DNA of 64,000 nucleotides from positions 374,001 to 438,000 of the forward strand of contig JASTWF010000341.1 in NCBI GenBank assembly GCA_030390025.1, given 5' to 3'. Positions 24,157 to 36,686 of the stretch are shown one piece after another. The position numbers and the translations under genes were made by a program. Below the pieces are notes generated by a model. That model did not search any database, was not told the origin of the DNA, and worked only from the letters and a program-made list of their open reading frames with translations. Source of the stretch: Squalus acanthias (taxonomy: Eukaryota). Position 1 is the first letter of the stretch. Each line of letters starts with the position of its first letter.

Positions 24157-27100
24157 ATGGATAAAACTCCTGGTCCAGATGGATTGCATCCACACATTAT
24201 AAAAGAATCTAGGGAAGAGATAGCAGAGGCATTACGACACATATTTAATAATTCATTAGAAAAAGGTGTAGTGCCAGAGGACTGGCGGATAGCTAACGTA
24301 ATATCTATATTTAAGAAGGGGGATAGAACATGTCCAGGGAATTATAGACCAGTCAGCTTAACATCGGTGGTAGGAAAAATAATGGAATCCCTACTAAAGG
24401 ATAAAATAGAAGAACATCTAGAAACCAAAAACATAGTAATGAATAGTCAGCGTGGATTTCAAAAGGGAAAGACTTGCTTGACCAACCTCTTTGAATTTTT
24501 TGAAGAGGTAACAGAGAGAGTAGACAATGGTAATGTAGTAGATGTAATTTATTTAGATTTTCAAAAGGCCTTCGATAAGATACCCCATAATAGACTGATG
24601 AACAATGTCAGAGAATGCGGAGTCAGGGAACAAGTAGCAGAATGGATAGCTAGCTGGCTTCAAGACAGAAAGCAGTGAGTAGGGATAAAAGGTAGCTATT
24701 CACAATAGCAGAAGGTGGGTGTTCCACAAGGATGAGTGCTGGGACCACTGTTGTTCGCAATTTATATTAACGATTTAGACTTTGGAATCAAAAACACAGT
24801 TTCTAAATTTGCGAATGATACCAAATTGCGGGGGGATAGTCAATACTGAGGAGGACTGCAACAAATTACAGAGGCACATTAATAAACTTGCAGAATGGGC
24901 ATATAATTGGCAAATGAAGTTCAACACAGATAAATGTGAGGTATTACATTTTGGTAGGAAGAATAGGGAGGTCACACATTACTTGGAGGGTGCGAGTCTA
25001 GGTGGGGTAGAGGAACAAAGTGATCTCGGAGTACAAATACACAAATCACTAAAAGTTGCGACACAGGTTAGCAAGGCCATAAAAAAAGCAAACCAAGCAC
25101 TAGGGTTTATTTCTGGAGGTATAGAATTGAAAAGTAGGAAAGTTATGCTTAACCTGTATCGAACCTTGGTTAGACCACACTTAGAGTACTGCGTACAGTT
25201 CTGGTCCCCATATTATAAAAAGGATATAGAGGCACTGGAGAGGGTGCAGAGAAGATTTACAAGGATGATACCAGAAATGCGAGGGTATGCATATCAGGAA
25301 AGGATGAACAGGTTGGGTCTTTTTTCTCTTTAAAAAAAAGAAGGCTGAGGGGTGACCTAATAGAAGTCCTTAAAATTATGAAAGGTTTTGATAGAGTGGA
25401 TACAGAGAGAATGTTTCCACTTGTGGGGAAGAGCATAACTAGAGGCCATCAATATAAGATAGTCACCAAGAAATCTAATAGGGAATTCAGAAGAAACTTT
25501 TTTACCCAAAGAGTGGTGAGAATGTGGAACTCGCTACCACAGGGAGTGGTTGAAGTAAAAAGTATAGATGCATTTAAGGGGAGGCTAGACCAGCATATGA
25601 GGGAGAAGGGAATTTTTTTTTTATTCTCTTATGGGATCTGGGCGTCGCTGGCAAGGCCAGCATTTATTGCCCATCCCTAATTGCCCTTGAGAAGGTGGTG
25701 GTGAGCTGCCTTCTTGAACCGCTGCAATCAGTGTGGTAAAGGTACTCCCCAGTGCTGTTAGGTAGGGAGTTCCAGGATTTTGACCCAGCGACGATATACT
25801 TCTAAGTCAGGATGGTGTGTGACTTGGAGGGGAACTTGGAGGTGGTGGTGTTCCCATGCGCCTGCTGCCCTTGTCCTTCTAGGTGGAAGATGTCGCGGGT
25901 TTGGGAGGTGCTGCCGAAGAAGCCTTGGCGAGTTGCTGCAGTGCATCTTGTAGATGGTACACACTGCAGCCATGGTATGCCGGTGGTGGAGGGAGTGAAT
26001 GTTTAAGGTGGTGGATGGGGTGCCAATCAAACGGGCTGCTTTGTCCTGGATGGTGTCGAGCTTCTTGAGTGTTGTTGCAGCTGCACTCATCCAGGCAAGT
26101 GGAGAGTATTCCATCACACTCCTTACTTATGCCTTGTAGATGGTGGAAAGGCTTTGGGGAGTCAGGAGATGAGACACTCACCGCAGAATACCCAGCCTCT
26201 GACTTGCTCTTATGGCCCCAGTATTTATGTGGCTGGTCCAGTTCAGTTTCTGGTCAATGGTGACCCCCAGGATGTTGATGGTGGGGGATTCGGCGATGGT
26301 AATGCTGTTGACTGTCAAGGGGAGGTGGTTAGATTCTCGCTTGTTGGAGATAGTCATTGCCTGGCACTTTTGTGGCGCGAATGTTACCTGCCACTTATCA
26401 GCCCAAGCCTGAACATCGTCCAGGTCTTGTTGCATGCGGGCATGGACTGCTTCATTATCTGAGGAGTTGTGAATGGCGTTGAACACTGTGCAGTCATCAG
26501 CGAACATCCCCATTTCTGACCTTATGTTGGAGAGAAGGTCATTGATGAAGCAGCTGAAGATGATTGGGCCTAGGACACTGCCCTGAGGAACTCCGGCAGC
26601 GATGTCCTGGGCTGTGATAATTGACCTTCAATCACCACAACCATCTTCCTTTGTGCTAAGTATGACTCCAGCCAGTGGAGCATTTTTCCCCTGATTCCCA
26701 TTGACTTCAGTTTTACTAGGGCTCCTTGATGCCACACTCAGTCAAATGCTGCCTTGATGTCAAGGGCAGTCACTGTCACCTCACCTCTGGAATTCAGCTC
26801 CTTTGTCCATGTTTGGACCCAGGCTGTAATGAGGTCGGGAGCCAAGTGGTCTTGGCGGAACCCAAACTGGGCATCAGTGAGCAGGTTATTGGTGAGTAAG
26901 TGCCGCTTGATAGCACTGTCAATGACACCTTCCATCACTTTGCTGATGATTGAGAGTAGACTGATGGGGCGGCAATTGGCCGGGTTGGATTTGACCTGCT
27001 TTTTGTGGACAGGACATACCTGGGCAGTTTTCCACATTGTCGGATAGATGCCAGTGTTGTAGCTGTACTGGAACAGCTTGGCTAGAGGCGCGGCTAGTTC

Positions 27101-28948
27101 TGGAGCACAAGTCTTCAGCACGATAGCCAGGATGTTGTCGGGGCCCATAGCCTTTGCTGTATCCAGTGCGCGCAGCCGTTTCTTGATATCACGTGGAGTG
27201 AATCGAATTGGCTGAAGACTGCCTGCTGTGATGGTGGGGACCTCGGGAGTAGGCCGATATGGATCATCCACTCGGCACTTCTGGCTGAAGATGGTTGCAA
27301 ACGCTTCAGCCTTGTCATTTGCACTCACATGCTGGGCTCCACCATCATTGAGGATGGGGATATTCATGGAGCCTGCTCCTCCCGTTAGTTGTTTAATGGT
27401 CCACCACCATTCATGTGGCAGGACTGCAGAGCTTTGATCTGATCCGTTGATTGTGGGATCACTTAGCCCTGTCTATAGCATGCTGCTTCCGCTTGTTAGC
27501 ATGCATGTAGTCCTGTGTTGCAGCTTCCCCAGGTTTGCACCTCATTTTTAGGTATGCCTGGTGCTGCTCCTGGCATGCTCTTCTACACTCCTTATTGAAC
27601 CAGGGTTGGTCCCCTGGCTTGGTGGTAATGGTAGAGTGAGGGATATGCCGGGCCATGAGGTTACAGATTGTGGTGGAATACAATTCTGCTGCTGCTGATG
27701 GCCCACAGCGCCTCATGGATGCCCAGTTTTGAGCTGCTAGATCTGTTCTGAATCTATCCCATTTAGCATGGTGGTAGTGCCACACAACACGATGGAGGGT
27801 GTCCTCAGTGTGAAGACGGGACTTCGTCTCCACAATGACTGTGTGGTGGTCACTGCTAACAATGCTGTCATGGACAGATGCATCTGCGACAGGTAGATTG
27901 GTGAGGACAAGGTCAAGTAGGTTTTTCCCTCGTGTTGGTTCTCTCACCACCTGTCGCAGGCCCAGACTGGCAGTTATGTCCTTCAGGACTTGGCCAGCTC
28001 GGTCAGTAGTGGTGCTACCGAGCCACTCTTGGTGATGGACATTGAAGTCCCCCACCCAGAGTACATTCTGTGCCCTTGCTACTCTCAGTGCTTCTTCCAA
28101 GTGGTGTTCAATATGGAGGAGTACTGAATCATCAGCTGCGGGAGGGCGGTAGGTGGTAATCAGCAGGAGGTTTCCTTGCCCATGCTTGACCTGAAACCAT
28201 GAGACTTCATGGGGTCTGGAGTCAATGTTGAGGACTCCCAGGGCCACTCCTTCCCAACTGTATACCACTGTGCCGCCATCCCTGGTGGGTCTGTCCTGCT
28301 GGTGGGACAGGACATACCCAGGGATGGTGATGGAGGAGTTTGGGACATTGGCTGAAAGGTATGATTCTGTGAGTATGACTGTCAGGCTGTTGCTTGACTA
28401 GTCTGTGGGATAGCTCTCCCAATTTTGGCACAAGTCCCCAGATGTTGGTGAGGAGGACTTTGCAGGATCGACTGGGCTGGGTGTGCCGTTGCCGTGTCCG
28501 TAGCCGGTGCCGAGGTCGATGCCGGGTGGTCTGTCCGGTTTCATTCTTATTATGTTTCGTAGCGGTTAGTTACAACTGAGTGACTTGCTAGGCCATTTCA
28601 GAGGGCAGTTAAGAGTCAACCTCATTGCTGTGGGTCTGGAGTCACATATAGGCCAGACCAGGTAAGGACGGCAGATTTCCTTCCCTAAAGGACATTAGTG
28701 AACCAGATGGGTTTTTACGACAATCCGATAGTTTCATGGTTACCATTACTGATACTAGCTTTTTATTCCTTTTATTTAATTAACTGAATTTAAATTCCCC
28801 AGCTGCCGTAGTGGGAATAGAGGGTTATGCTGATCGATTTAGATGAGGAAAGACAGGAGGAGGCTCGAGCAGAGCATAAACGCCGGCATGGACTGGTTGG
28901 GCCGAATGGCCTGTTTCTGTGCCGTATATCCTGTGAAATCCTATGTAA
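24157..28948 (+). mobile_element. CR1 LINE (family A), 5'-truncated, split by a nested LINE (parts 24157-25613 and 28813-28948)
   Basis: PGPDGLHP, NYRPVSLTS, YLDFQKAFDKIPH, LVRPHLEYCVQFWSP, FFTQRVV. The 3' UTR resumes at 28813 and ends with an atcctgtgaaatcctatgtaa tail. Several stops and frameshifts. Confidence 0.92.
25614..28812 (-). mobile_element. Near-full-length family B LINE (APE plus RT, disrupted) nested in the CR1
   Basis: APE motifs (TNIWGL..KLGEL, YRPP, GDFNVHH, LLDLVLTN, SDHH) and RT motifs (GPDNI, RPISLLSIISKVME, LDIKAAFD, GVPQG, FADD). Poly-A at about 25614-25622; gggaat at 25608-25613 and 28813-28818 is the likely TSD. Confidence 0.92.
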
Positions 28949-29913
28949 ATGGAGACATTGTTTTATACATGTGACAAGCCTTGTACAAAAAGCAGGGTTT
29001 GTTATTAAGCAGGCACAAAGTCTTAGTGTTAAAGATGTGCGACCAATTTTGTAGGGTCTGTAACTTGTCCTATTCATCAAAGCCACCTTTCCTTTCTTTG
29101 TGTGCCAAGTGTTTTCCATTCGCTGATATGCATGTTTTCTGTTACTCTATATTACATCACCCTCATGTGCCCTTTGATAGACTTTTGTTCCCAGTTAGTA
29201 TTTCACATCAAAACTGGATGGAATCAAAGGTACAGTTGATCAAATGCCAACAGTAGATTGAGAGTATTTTAAAAAAAAAGATGAAAACCGTGATGGCCTG
29301 TCTTGAATTTAAAACAAAACTGTGTCTGAAAGTCATTATTTGTTCAAATCTACTTTTGCAATTGTTTCATTTAAGGTTGCAAAGCAAAGCTAAAGTTAGG
29401 AACTTATAATTAATAATGTGTTCCATATTGCTTGAGTTTTATTATGGACCACCTAAACTTTATAGCATCATATGCGTGTGAGGTTTTAAAATCTAAAATT
29501 CTTGACGCTGTATGTGGTACAGTAAAGGGGGCAAACACAATGTTAAGGTATGAGATTCAAACCTTACATTCCTCCAACACCCACTCCTTGGAACTATTCT
29601 TAGCAACTTATGGTGTGCTCCATATATAACTTCCTTTGATTTGTTATTCATCAAGCATATGGAGTAAGCATGTGTTGCCTGTGTAGCAAGCTAGAATGAT
29701 AAGCCCTAGGAAACTGCTATTTGTCAGTGTTATAAAGCAGATTGCTCTTCTATGGTTTTGATTAACTTCAAAGTACTCTTCACAGGCAGTAATGGTTATA
29801 TCAAAACCTGAAATGTATTACTCACGTTCCGCACTAGAGTCTTTAGCCGTGTTTATGCCCTTTTCAACAAAATAGTTTCGCTGACTTTTCATATTCTTTT
29901 CCTGTTCTGTCAG

Positions 29914-30212
29914 GATGGCTACCAAGCTAATTAGGCTCGTCAATGACAAGAAGAGGTCTGAGATGGAGAGTGGCGGCACCAAGCGGATAGGCAGGGACAT
30001 TGAGATGGAAGAGATGATTGAGGAGCTGCAGGAAAAAGTTTCTGAACTGGAGAAGCAGAATGAGGGGCTGAGGAATCGTCTGGTAGCTGCTAAACAGCAG
30101 CTACAAGTTCAAGGCCGTAGAAACACACCATACAGTTATGTACAATCACGCATAAACACTGGCCTCAGAAAAGTTCATGAAGTTGCCTTTACACAAGAGA
30201 ATCTGAAAAAAG
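29914..30212 (+). CDS. RPGRIP1L: RPGRIP1L coding exon 3
   Basis: ctgtcag|G ATG GCT...AAAG|gtacta, 299 nt; [14 protein letters not shown]...[21 protein letters not shown]...VQSRINTG. Confidence 0.97.
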
Positions 30213-31204
30213 GTACTAAACATAGCTGGATATATTTTTCAGTTATTCTACTATACCCTGCCCTTTAGCACTTTGAATGCCGTTTACCTGAAGATTTCAT
30301 TCAAAGCAATTTTTTATCAGGATGCATATTAAACTTACAGTAGCCCACAGTTGTCATCTAGTTATATTTTTGATGTATAGGTAAGAGCTAAATGAAGCCA
30401 ACCTTTTGGTATATCTTCCTAGCACTATGTGATTGTTTGAATTATAGCCTTTTTTCTCTTTGTTCTTACTGTTCAACAATAATATTACTTTAACAAGGAC
30501 TGATGCAAATTTGTTTCACCTCTGCTATCCAGCTCAGCTATGAACACTGTTGAACATTCAAGTGGCTAAGATATTTTATGTTTCACACCACTTACATCCT
30601 CTACCTTTCACTTTCGAGTTCCTGCAGATCACAGAGACAAAACCTCGGGGTGAAAAGTCAATATTTGTACCATGAGTACACAAACTATATATTCCTGATT
30701 GCTCCGCAGCCAAAAACTTGAATCTTTTGACAGGGAACGGCATAAAAAGAACATTTTCTAATAGTCTTTAAGTTCTCTCCTGTACATCAAAAGGAATTAA
30801 TTTTTCATTACCTTATTAAAGCTACAGTGTCTTATAGTTAAATGTCATCTCATTTTTATTTCAAATAAAATTTTAGCCCTTAGTCTACTACTATATATTC
30901 AGATGAATTGTTAATAGGTTAAAGGTTTGTCACGAAGAAATTATAATGGGAACCTGTAAAATCTAGGAAGAATACAGAAAAAATGTGTTAGACACTCCTG
31001 CTTTTTTACGTCACCTGAAATATCATAACATTGTGATCTAGCAGTGTAAGAAAACTGGCAGTAGAGGCCAAGAGTAATGCTACACCACACTCTCTTGACA
31101 ATTAATGAATTTACAGAATAATATCGGAAGTGAGCAGTGTCACTGATAAGCAGTTCGCAACCCGGACCCCTAAATCCAATGAACAATGTTTTATTATGAA
31201 GTCC

Positions 31205-32252
31205 ATATCTTAGTCTACATGGATTTTAGCAAGGTTTTTAACAAAGTCCCACATGGCAGACTGGTCAGAAAAGTAAAAGCCCATGGGATCCAAGGGAAAA
31301 GTTGGATCCAAAATTGGCTTAATGGTAGGAAGCAAAGGGTAATGGTCGACTGGTGCTTTTGTGACTGGAAGGCTGTTTCCAGTGGGGTTCCGCAGGGCTC
31401 AGTACTAGGTCCCTTGCTTTTTGTGATATATATCAATGATTTAGACTTAAATGTAGAGGGCATAATTAAAAAGTTTTCAGATGATACAAAAATTGGCCGT
31501 GTGGTTGATAGTGAGGAAGAAAGCTGTAGACTGCAGGAAGATATCAATGGATTGGTCAGGTGGGCAGAAAAGTGGCAAATAGAATTCAATCCGGAGAAGT
31601 GTGAGGTAATGCCTTTGGGGAGGGCAAATAAGGCAAGGGAATACACAATAAATGGTAGGATACTGAGAAACGTAGAGGAACAGAGGGACCTTGGAGTGCA
31701 TGTCCACAGATCCCTGAAGGTAGCATGACAGGTAGATAAAGTGGTTAAGAAGGCATACAGGATACTTTCCTTTATTAGCCAAGGCACAGAATATAAGAGC
31801 AGGGAGGTTATGCTAGAACTGTATAAAACACTCGTTAGGCCACAGCTAGAGTACTGTGTGCAGTTCTGGTCACCACATTACAGGGAGGTTGTGATTGCAC
31901 TAGAGGGTACACAGGAGATTTACGAGGATGTTGCCAGGACTGGAGAATTTTAGATATGAGGAAAGATTGGATAGGCTGAGGTTGTTTTCTTTGCAACAGA
32001 GGAGGCTGAGGTAGATTTAATTGAGGTGTATAAAATTATGAAGGACCAAGATAGAGTGGATAGGAAGGACCTATTTCCCTTAGCAGATAGGTCAATAATC
32101 AGGGGGCATAGATTTAAAGTAATTGGTAGAAGGATTAGAGGGGAGTTGAGGAGAAATGTTTTCACCCAGAGGGTGGTGGGGGTCTGGAACTCTGCCTGAA
32201 AGGGTGGTAGAGGCAGAAACCCTCATCGCATTTAAAAAGTACTTGGATATGC
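31205..32252 (+). mobile_element. CR1 LINE RT 3' fragment
   Basis: VYMDFSKVFNKVPHGRL, GVPQGSVLGP, FSDDTK, LVRPQLEYCVQFWSP; disrupted. Confidence 0.9.
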
Positions 32253-34177
32253 ACTGTCAGCACCAATACCTATAACAGGAATAATATAATTAGGTGCTGA
32301 ATAAGTCTCGCGTATACTCTGCCCTACCCTCAGAAAGAGTACTGTACTGCACAAGTGTGACTTTTTCCATTTTGTACTCCAGCCATTCTGAGCGAAATTG
32401 CCAATTTAGTCCTGTTATGACATGTAATTAAGAACTACATTGAGACCACCCAGCCTCATTTAAATATAGACCTTAAGGCTAAGAAACAGAAGATGGTTTT
32501 TCCCCATTATCATAGAATCATTCAACATAGAAGGAACCCATCATGCCTGTGGCAGCTCTTTGAAAGAGCTATCGAATTAGTTCCACTCCCTTGCTTTTTC
32601 CCCATAGCCCTGCAAACTAGTGTGCAACTCACTGTACCATCTAGTTCCCCCAGCAATCAAGTAATTTCAAGTACATGTCACTTCAGTTTCCTAACACTAT
32701 TAGACTCAGTACCTCCTCCAAGTCTGTACTTACTCCATAAAATCAGCACCCACTGTTTTATCAAAATGTTTCGAAAGAATCAATATAAAGAAAAATGTAA
32801 CTAGTGATTTGTTGTTATTCAAGATGGCTCCAGAGCTGGCAGCTCCTTGGTTGAACTCTACTTAGCAACTTTATCCTGAACCATCTTTTACCCATTCTCC
32901 CCCAGTGTTCTCTCTTCCACTGCTTAAGAACCCCTGGCCCGAATAGTGGTGCAATTTAGCTTGAACTACAAGTTCAAGCTGCAAGCTTAAAGCTACCTGT
33001 GCAGAAAACACTGCCCATCCCCCCGACCCTGTTCTTTGTTTTCACTATACTCTGTTCAACGGCTGGAACTCTACTCAAATTTGACTTCCCGGACGACTGG
33101 ATTTTTCTGGCATCAGGATTACACTGCTTTACTGAACTACACTGTAAGACTCAACTGCTGTTGCTCTGCTCTGCCATTCATTTTAAGTTTTAAGGTAACC
33201 TTTTCTAGCCTAAAGCCCATCACCACCTGCTGCTGTTACCTGCTGAACTTCTGACTGTACTTCAATACACTTCTGGTTTCTCAGCTTAATTTTTCTGCGG
33301 TGTGGGTCCTGGACAAAATTCCACTATCTTCTGGGCCAAAGTCCATTTCTCTGCTGGCTTCTGGACCTTATAGTGACCTGCACCATTGCCACCACTTTTT
33401 ATAGAGACTGTATTCTCTGTTGGGTCATCTTGATTCTAGTACCTTGCCTGTTCCGGCATCCTAAGTTTTCTGCTCCTCTGACGGGAATTTTTCACTACGC
33501 TGGGCTAACTCTGATCTGTTCCTGCTGGTTCCCATCCTGCTCGGGATTCTGCTCCATTGCTGCCACATGATCTTTGTTTTTCCGCTTTCTGCTTGCTTCC
33601 CGTGGCTGGTGACTCCGATCATCCCTCCACTGGTATGCTGGATCCGCTGGTGTGCAGTACAAATCACCGAGGTCTTTGGAGAAACAATTTCAACACTTAG
33701 CCCATTAGCATTTTAGTCACCTTTCACCTGAGTGCTTTTTAAAAAACTTGTTTTTGCTTTAAAACGCTACATTTCAATGTACCTCTTTTCCAAATCTGTG
33801 AAAAAATTGTAAAAAGAATCCCAAAAAGTGACAGTATACTACAAGTGATTTTACTTTTTTTGCAAAAAAATCATTGGCTTTAATCTAGAACTAAAGAACT
33901 CCAGGGCAGTTTGCCCCCTAAAACCTGGCAATTCAACCCAAATCAAACACTTCAATATTTTTTGCTACCCATAGTATCAGCACCTGATTGTTTGATGGAA
34001 ACAATATTACACAAAGCATGTTTGTCATTTTTATCATTTATAACAATGTGTCTTGCAAAGTAAATTTACAATAAAATTATTCCAGGAGCTAGGCTTCCTA
34101 TAACTAAATTAATGTTTTACTTATTTTGTTGTTTGATATATGTGACATCTTTTAATCTTTATATATGATTTATTTAG

Positions 34178-34283
34178 GAATCAGAGTTCAAGACCCAGAG
34201 CAGACAACAAGGTGTACCCAAGCTATGCTTCCCAGATATGGACATAGCTTGCTTGAAGACGCCAGGGCTGAAGTACGAAATCT
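34178..34283 (+). CDS. RPGRIP1L: RPGRIP1L coding exon 4
   Basis: atttag|GA...AATCT|gtaagg, 106 nt; GIRVQDPEQTTRCTQAMLPRYGHSLLEDARAEVRNL. Missed by the ORF track; phase consistent. Confidence 0.93.
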
Positions 34284-34454
34284 GTAAGGCTCTCTTTCTT
34301 CTCTACTTGCCAGACTGTATAGGAATGTGTTTATCAGGGCAGTCGGGAAATTTGAGACGAGTACATGTAGCATTTAAGGCAATCTACCAGTGTAGTAAAT
34401 GCTGACCAGAGGTTCAAATAAGGCTAAACCCAATTTTTAAAAGTAGACACATTA

Positions 34455-35540
34455 GGGGGAATTTTAACCCCAAAAAACGGGTGGGTTGGGGTCGGGTGGG
34501 AGGTTAAAGCGTTAAAAATCTGAATCCCGACCCCAACCTACCCATTACCAGTTTTAACGGATGCGTACCGGAGATGGGCAGCCAAACCATTCGGAGGAGG
34601 TGGGTTGGCACTTTAATTATAATAATGAGGCTGTGTGCCTCATGGTGATCTATCATTTTAAATTTAACTGGAGGCGGGCAGGTTTCCTAGGCCTTGGGGA
34701 ACCTGCCAGCGAAAGGAAGGTGAGGACTGCTGTATCCAGGAGGTAAGTGCCTTTCCATTTACCTGCTGGATCCAGTGTTCCAGCCTCACCAAAGCCCCGC
34801 GATCGGACACCCCACCCACCATTCCGATCTCCCACCACCCACCCCCACGAGGTCTCCGATTTTCAGCCCCCGATCCGACCTCCGATCCCCCCTCCAGCCT
34901 TCTGACCCTCTCTGCCCTCCCTCTGGGCTTCCGACCCCCCTCCAGCTTCCGATCCCCCCTCCGGCTTTCCGACCCCTGCCTCGCCCAAACCCCTTCTCCC
35001 TCCTCACTGCGGCCGAGAAACAGAGATTCTAAATTTTAATTAGGCCCTGCCAAATGAGGGAAACCCATTTTCCCAGGGTTCCCGACCGCATTGCAGTCCC
35101 CCCCGCCCCCCCGCTCCCTACCTGCCTCCAAGTCCGGCCATTGGCTTAGAACTGACCACAGGGAACCGGTTGGCCCAAGGCCCACCCGATATTGGGCCTC
35201 AGGCCTCATTTACAACAGACCGGCGAGCAGGTGCCTGCTGGATATCCGCGGCGAGCTCGCTGGTGAAGACGTTTTGAATTTCAGGCACTGCGTCGCCGAT
35301 AGCGACCCTCAGGTAGGTTTTGAAAGAGGGGGGAAGTAATCAGGAGGGAGGGGGGCGACCAGGAGAGAGGGGCTACAAAGATCGGGAGGGGGACAAGCGA
35401 TGGCCAGCAACAGTCCGTGGTTTTAATGTGGAGCCAGGAGGAGCTCCACAATTTTTAAAAACGTACTTTTTTAGTGCCGGCCTACAGCTGCCCTTTAAGG
35501 ACCAGTGGTTAGGCCGTATGTTTACCTGATTTTCCTGAAC
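34455..35540. mobile_element. Two adjacent GC-rich non-autonomous Harbinger-like elements (about 34455-35139 and 35140-35540)
   Basis: Starts tta|gggggaattttaacccc and has internal C-rich ccgatc/ccgacc repeats. The second part is homologous to 18903-19540. Confidence 0.5.
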
Positions 35541-35664
35541 GCAACTGACATCAACCCTTCCTCAAAAAGACACCCTCAAATCCTTTGTCCTTGAAAACTA
35601 CAGCCCCACATCCAATCTTCCTTTGCTCTCCAAAGTCCTTGAATGTCTTACTGCCTCCCAAATC

Positions 35665-36686
35665 TTTTTTTTATATTCGTTCATGGGATGTGGGCATCGC
35701 TGGCAAAGCCAGCATTTATTGCCCATCCCTAGTTGCCCTCGAGAAGGTGGTGGTGAGCCGCCGCCTTGGACCACTGCAGTCCGTGTGGTGAAGGTACTCC
35801 CACACTGTTAGGGAGGGAGTTCCAGGATTTTGACCTAGTGACGATGAAGGAACGGTGATATACTTCCAAGTCAGGATGGTGTGTGACTTGGAGGGGGTGA
35901 TGTTCCCATGCGCCTGCTGCCCTTGTCCTTCTAGGTGGAAGAGGTCGCGGGTTTGTGAGGTGCTGCCGAAGAAGCCTTGGCGAGTTGCTGCAGTGCATCT
36001 TGTAGATGGTACACACTGCAGCCACTGTGCGCCGGTGGTGGAGGGAGTGAATGTTTAAGGTGGTGGATGGGGGTGCCAATCAAGCGGGCTGCTTTGCCTT
36101 GGATGGTGTCGAGCTTCTTGAGTCTGCATTCATCCAGGCAAGTGGAGAGTATTCCATAACATTCCTTACTTGTGCCTTGTAGATGGTGGAAAGGCTTTGG
36201 GGAGTCAGGAGGTGAGACACTCACCACAGAATACCCAGCCTCTGACCTGCTCTTGTTGCCACAGTATTTATGTGGCTGGTCCAGTTAGGTTTCTGGTCAA
36301 TGGTGACCCCCCAGGATATTGATGGCGGGGGATTTGGCAATGGTAATGCCGTTGAATGCCAAGGGGCAATGGTTAGACGCTCGCTTGTTGGAGATAGTCA
36401 TTGTCTGGCACTTGTGTGGCGCGAATGTTACCTGCCACTTATCAGCCCAAGTAAGGATGGCAGATTTCCTTCCCTGAAGGACGTTAGTGAACCAGATGGG
36501 TATTTACGACAATCTGATAGTTTCATGGTCACCATTACTGCTACTAGCTTTTTATTTCAGATTTATTTAATTAACTGAATTTGAATTCCCCCGCTGCTAT
36601 GATGAGATTTGAACTCACGTCTCCAGATCATTAGTCCAGGCCTCTGGATTACTAGTCCAGTAACATAACCACTATGCTACCGTTCC
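35665..36686 (-). mobile_element. Internally deleted family B LINE: tRNA-like head and 5' UTR (36451-36686) joined to the RT 3' end (35665-36450)
   Basis: 35665-36450 matches 25614-26407, and 36451-36600 matches about 28663-28812. On - the head reads ggtagcatagtggtta...gagttcaaatctc (A and B boxes). Confidence 0.85.

Noticed and set aside
31215..31787. Long antisense ORFs over LINEs (also 40112-40660, 41890-42294, 42110-42514)
   Set aside because: Shadow ORFs on the opposite strand of CR1 ORF2, with no independent evidence.
32815..33700. Possible promoter or retroelement 5' end (aagatggc YY1-like motif, pyrimidine-rich tract)
   Set aside because: No diagnostic ORF, TIR or tail that I can identify; too weak to call.
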